Positions 48,895 to 51,971 of a stretch of DNA of 51,971 bases are shown here, one piece after another. Origin of the DNA: Candidatus Latescibacterota bacterium. GTDB lineage: Bacteria; Latescibacterota; UBA2968. The translations under genes and the position numbers were made by a program. Position 1 is the first letter of the stretch, and every line of letters starts with the position of its first letter. Location: contig JAYODI010000034.1 of the NCBI GenBank assembly GCA_038279365.1, positions 1 to 51,971 of the forward strand. Direction: 5' to 3'. The notes beneath the pieces are model-generated. The model was not told the DNA's origin and ran no database searches. It saw nothing but the letters and a program-made list of their open reading frames with translations.

Positions 48895-49806
48895 ATGGCG
48901 CGGTTTGAAATTTTAAAAGGGATGTTTGGTCTGTTGCCCACACCCTATCGCGAAGATCTGGAAATTCACACGTCCGATTTAAGGTCGGTGGCCAATTTTT
49001 GTTGTGAGAGCGGTCAGCACGGCATTGTGTGGCCGGTGATGGTGGGCGAGTTTTATTTTTTAGGCGAAGAAGAACGCGTGCGCAATTTGGACGCGGTGTT
49101 GGATGAAGTGAATGGAAGATTGCCTGTGATGTTTGGATGCTCTGGTGTATCGGTGTCACAGGCGTTGCTTTTTGGAAAAGCCGCGCAAAAGGCGGGTGCC
49201 GATGCGATTATTGCAATGCCTCCGGTGGGAGCAAATGCGCAAATGGCGATGGATATGCACAAGCGTTTGGCCGATGTGTTTGAAGGGCCGTTGGTGGTGC
49301 AAAATGCAGGCGGGCAATATACACCACTTACGGGAGATCAAATTGAGCAGTTGTTGGAAGCTGTGCCACAGATTGAATATGTGAAAGAAGAACGCCCACC
49401 TGGGCCCAAGCATATTTCTGAAGTGTATGATCGGGTAGGACATCGGGTGAAGACGATTTTTGGTGGTGCGGGCGGCAAGAACTTGCCTGATGAATTGCGC
49501 CGTGGCGCCAATGGGTGTATGCCTGCCTGTGAATTGGCCGATGTGTTGACAAAGGTGATGGAACTGTGGTGGGCAGGAAAGGAAGATGAGGCGCGTGATT
49601 TGCACAGAAGAATATTGCCATTGATCAATTTGGAGACCCACCCGTTTATGCGATATATCCTAAAACGTCGTGGCGTGTTTACCACCACAATTGAACGCGC
49701 CCCTGGGCGACAACCGGCTATTGACGATGAAACCAAACGCGAGATTACGATCTTACTTCGAGCGATTGAAGGTGATATTGACTCATTTCCTTTTGGGCCA
49801 GAATAA
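48895..49806 (+). CDS. DapA/NAL-family class I aldolase (dihydrodipicolinate-synthase-like)
   Basis: GLLPTPY...GIVWPVMVGEFYFLGEEER...LPVMFGCSGVS...AGADAIIAMPP follows the DHDPS-family pattern. Confidence 0.65.
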   Translation: MARFEILKGMFGLLPTPYREDLEIHTSDLRSVANFCCESGQHGIVWPVMVGEFYFLGEEERVRNLDAVLDEVNGRLPVMFGCSGVSVSQALLFGKAAQKAGADAIIAMPPVGANAQMAMDMHKRLADVFEGPLVVQNAGGQYTPLTGDQIEQLLEAVPQIEYVKEERPPGPKHISEVYDRVGHRVKTIFGGAGGKNLPDELRRGANGCMPACELADVLTKVMELWWAGKEDEARDLHRRILPLINLETHPFMRYILKRRGVFTTTIERAPGRQPAIDDETKREITILLRAIEGDIDSFPFGPE

Positions 49807-49847
49807 TCAGAATCTGTGTTCCGTTGAGATGTTTTTACTTTGGGTGA

Positions 49848-50093
49848 TTATATCACAGACACTTCTTGTTCATTTTGGATGATGATATTTGGATTTGGGT
49901 TTTTTTGTGGAACAGGTAATTTTTGTTCTTCAAGCATTTCAATGTGCTCTTTCATTCCCCACCGTGCTTTGAACAAACAATCTTCAATTGAATGTCCAAT
50001 GCCCGAAAATCCTTCCAACTCTGTTGAATAAAAACCAAAAAAATCAGGTTCTTCGGTTGCTTCAATGACTAAGGAATAGGGTAAATCTATCAT
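49848..50093 (-). CDS. hicB: Type II antitoxin HicB
   Basis: It is 81 aa with a UPF0150/HicB-like fold signature and directly follows hicA. Confidence 0.65.
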   Translation of the reverse strand: MIDLPYSLVIEATEEPDFFGFYSTELEGFSGIGHSIEDCLFKARWGMKEHIEMLEEQKLPVPQKNPNPNIIIQNEQEVSVI

Positions 50094-50105
50094 TTGTTAT
50101 AGCTC

Positions 50106-50297
50106 CTATGGACGTTTGATGCCTGCCGATTTCAAAATAGCATGACAAGTGCCGGTGGGAACTTCCTTCGATCCGTGATAATCAACGCGAACCAGCTTGT
50201 CCCAATTGGGTTTTCCGTAATATCGAATAGATCCCTTTTCTTTAACGATTTGGAATCCATTTTTGGTAAGCAGTCTGACCAATTCGTTAAATCTCAA
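50106..50297 (-). CDS. hicA: Type II toxin HicA (mRNA interferase)
   Basis: It is 63 aa. MRFNELVRLLTKNGFQIVKEKGSIRYYGKP...GSKEVPTGTCHAILKSAGI is HicA-like. Confidence 0.75.
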   Translation of the reverse strand: MRFNELVRLLTKNGFQIVKEKGSIRYYGKPNWDKLVRVDYHGSKEVPTGTCHAILKSAGIKRP

Positions 50298-50400
50298 ACG
50301 GAACTCCTAAACGCCGAATTTGTGATTACATCATCTTTGTCAAAATACGGTTTATTTATTTTTTCGTCAATATATGAAAAATATTGAGGGAGGGTTTGTT

Positions 50401-51465
50401 ATGAGAATAGAAGACTTAGACACACCAACGTTGATTGTTGACTTAGATGCATTGGAAGAAAATTTGGATCGGTATCAAGCTTACTTTGACAAACATCAAA
50501 TTGGATTTCGCCCACACATCAAAACGCATAAGACGTTGGCGATTGCGCATATGCAAATGAAACGGGGGGCGATTGGGTTAACGTGTCAGAAAATTGGTGA
50601 AGCCGAGGTGATGGCTTCTGGGGGAATCACGGAAGATTTGTTGATACCTTACAACATTATAGGCCAACAAAAATTGGATCGGTTGACTGCATTGGCCAAA
50701 CAGGCGAAAATTACTGTGGCGGCAGATTCGGCCTTTACGGTGACGGGACTTTCTCAAGCAGCTTCTTCTGCGGGTGTGACAATTGGTGTGATTGTGGAGA
50801 TGGATACGGGTGGGGGGCGAGCAGGTACGGTTTCACCACAGGCAACGGTAGATTTGGCTAAGATTATTGATGATTCACCAGGGCTTGAATTGCGCGGATT
50901 TATGAGTTTTCCGACACCCCCAGAATCGAGACCGTTAATTCAAGAGGCGATATCGTTGTTCGACAAAGCAGGGTTGCCACATCCTATTGTGAGTGGTGGC
51001 AGTACCAAGTGTGCGATGCAGGCACACGAGATTCCTGAGTTGACCGAATATCGCGCAGGTGAATATCCGGCAGGCGGGGCAGGTCATTATTGGGATGGGC
51101 GGCACACTGTGGCGCAATGTGCGGTGCGGGTGATTGCAACTGTGGTGAGTCGAGCGACGGCCGATCGCGCAATTTTGGATTCGGGTAGTAAAACGATGTC
51201 TGCATCGGTACGCCCGCATCCAGATGGTGGAGACAGTATGGGGTATATTGTAGAATATCCTGAAGCGCGGTTTTATGGGGCATCTGAAGAACACGGACAT
51301 ATAGACTTGTCAAGATGTACCAAACGCCCAGAAATTGGGGAACGCGTACAGGTTTTGCCCGTGCACCCTTGCCCGTGTGTAAATGTTCACGATGAAATGG
51401 TGGCCGTGAGGAATGGGTGGGTTGAAGCCGTTTGGCCGATTTTGGCGCGTGGAAAGATTCGGTAA
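50401..51465 (+). CDS. DSD1-family PLP-dependent enzyme (alanine-racemase-like N-terminal domain; D-serine deaminase / D-threonine-aldolase-like)
   Basis: LIVDLDALEENL...RPHIKTHKT carries the PLP-binding lysine context. The RBS gagggagg precedes ATG 50401. Confidence 0.65.
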   Translation: MRIEDLDTPTLIVDLDALEENLDRYQAYFDKHQIGFRPHIKTHKTLAIAHMQMKRGAIGLTCQKIGEAEVMASGGITEDLLIPYNIIGQQKLDRLTALAKQAKITVAADSAFTVTGLSQAASSAGVTIGVIVEMDTGGGRAGTVSPQATVDLAKIIDDSPGLELRGFMSFPTPPESRPLIQEAISLFDKAGLPHPIVSGGSTKCAMQAHEIPELTEYRAGEYPAGGAGHYWDGRHTVAQCAVRVIATVVSRATADRAILDSGSKTMSASVRPHPDGGDSMGYIVEYPEARFYGASEEHGHIDLSRCTKRPEIGERVQVLPVHPCPCVNVHDEMVAVRNGWVEAVWPILARGKIR

Positions 51466-51521
51466 ATAGGGCGAGAATAAAAAAAGCACATTAAAATGTG
51501 TGATTGCATTCGAAAATCCTC

Positions 51522-51565
51522 AAAAAGAGGCTTGTGTTTCAGTATACACAGGCCTCTTTTTGTTG
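51522..51565 (+). terminator. Rho-independent terminator
   Basis: The stem aagaggcttgtg/cacaggcctctt is followed by a T5 run. Confidence 0.65.
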
Positions 51566-51755
51566 TTTACTGAGAGCCCATAAGATCTGAATTTTTTTTA
51601 TTTAAAATTGTCTTGACTTGGCCTGTTATATAAGGCTACACTCCATGATAAATAATATTTAGCTAAATTTTTTTGACCTAATTTGTGAAGGAAAAATAGC
51701 AAATACATAAAAATTAAACACTTATGTTGGTCGGGGTGTTGTTTTTGGAGTATGC

Positions 51756-51971
51756 ATGGGAAAACGCAGGGTTCGTTTAAGTGATATTGCCGAGCGAGCA
51801 GGTGTGTCTGCAACAACGGTTAGCTTGGTACTTAACGATAAAGCGGCCAATGGCAATGTGCGCATCAGTGATCAGACCATCAAAAAAGTGAGGCGTACCG
51901 CGTTGTCGATGGGTTATCGGTTGCTGCAAGATCGATTCAGGAAAATCCTGCGCCTGTGTTGCGAAAGGGAT
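51756..51971 (+). CDS. LacI-family transcriptional regulator, N-terminal HTH only, truncated by the window end
   Basis: MGKRRVRLSDIAERAGVSATTVSLVLND is a LacI-type HTH. The RBS ggag is present. An AT-rich promoter region lies at 51590-51750 with a TTGACT box. Confidence 0.6.
   Translation, partial: MGKRRVRLSDIAERAGVSATTVSLVLNDKAANGNVRISDQTIKKVRRTALSMGYRLLQDRFRKILRLCCERD

Overview
This is a 52 kb bacterial chromosomal segment of about 50% GC, with tightly packed genes, Shine-Dalgarno sites and many clear rho-independent terminators. I saw no rRNA, tRNA, CRISPR array, transposase or integrase. The two large surface proteins end in a Por/T9SS-type C-terminal sorting domain, which points to the Bacteroidota/FCB-group or a related candidate phylum; this is inference from motifs only.

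Content from left to right:
- **1-7.3 kb:** a sigma-54-dependent response-regulator gene sits between two paralogous T9SS-type adhesin genes (FG-GAP propeller, discoidin, PKD, 3x HYR, CTD), the first truncated at the window edge. Their 3' 1.6 kb form a mosaic duplication with blocks of 100% nucleotide identity. A near-consensus sigma-54 promoter (TGGCAC-N5-TTGC) precedes the second adhesin gene.
- **7.3-12 kb:** housekeeping-type genes (esterase, HAD-IIA phosphatase, DedA membrane protein, FAD disulfide oxidoreductase).
- **12-29 kb, the most unusual region:** two ECF sigma-70 factors are each fused to a long C-terminal ankyrin-repeat array (469 and 736 aa). Two stand-alone ankyrin proteins (562 and 179 aa) lie in the same stretch. 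Interleaved are a higBA toxin-antitoxin pair, a tandem pair of small paralogs, a cytoplasmic polysaccharide-lyase-like protein, a SnoaL-like protein, a prenyltransferase/terpene-cyclase-repeat protein, a six-bladed BNR (Asp-box) protein, a MoaD/ThiS-like protein ending in Gly-Gly, and a UvrA, VOC and nucleotidyltransferase gene set.
- **29-41 kb:** MFS transporter, vapBC, a methyltransferase with a citrate-synthase-like gene, a divergent HTH-citrate-synthase fusion with a MerR-like palindromic promoter, a PP2C phosphatase, an aldo-keto reductase, a response-regulator receiver fused to only a histidine-kinase DHp domain, an epimerase, a secreted hypothetical protein, an Arc-like ribbon-helix-helix protein and an SPFH protein.
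- **41-52 kb:** a probable carbohydrate/sugar-acid catabolic operon, interrupted by hicAB and ending at a LacI-type regulator. It holds two PhyH-family dioxygenases, a DgoD-like enolase-superfamily dehydratase, a GH4 glycosidase, a second lyase-like paralog, a sugar-phosphate isomerase, a DapA-family aldolase and a DSD1-like PLP enzyme. Tandem GGCAAAC heptamer repeats sit in two intercistronic spacers of this operon.

The strongest candidate for a previously undescribed system is the ECF-sigma/ankyrin module; the REC-DHp protein and the HTH-citrate-synthase fusion come next. All coordinates derived by hand may be off by 1-2 nt.
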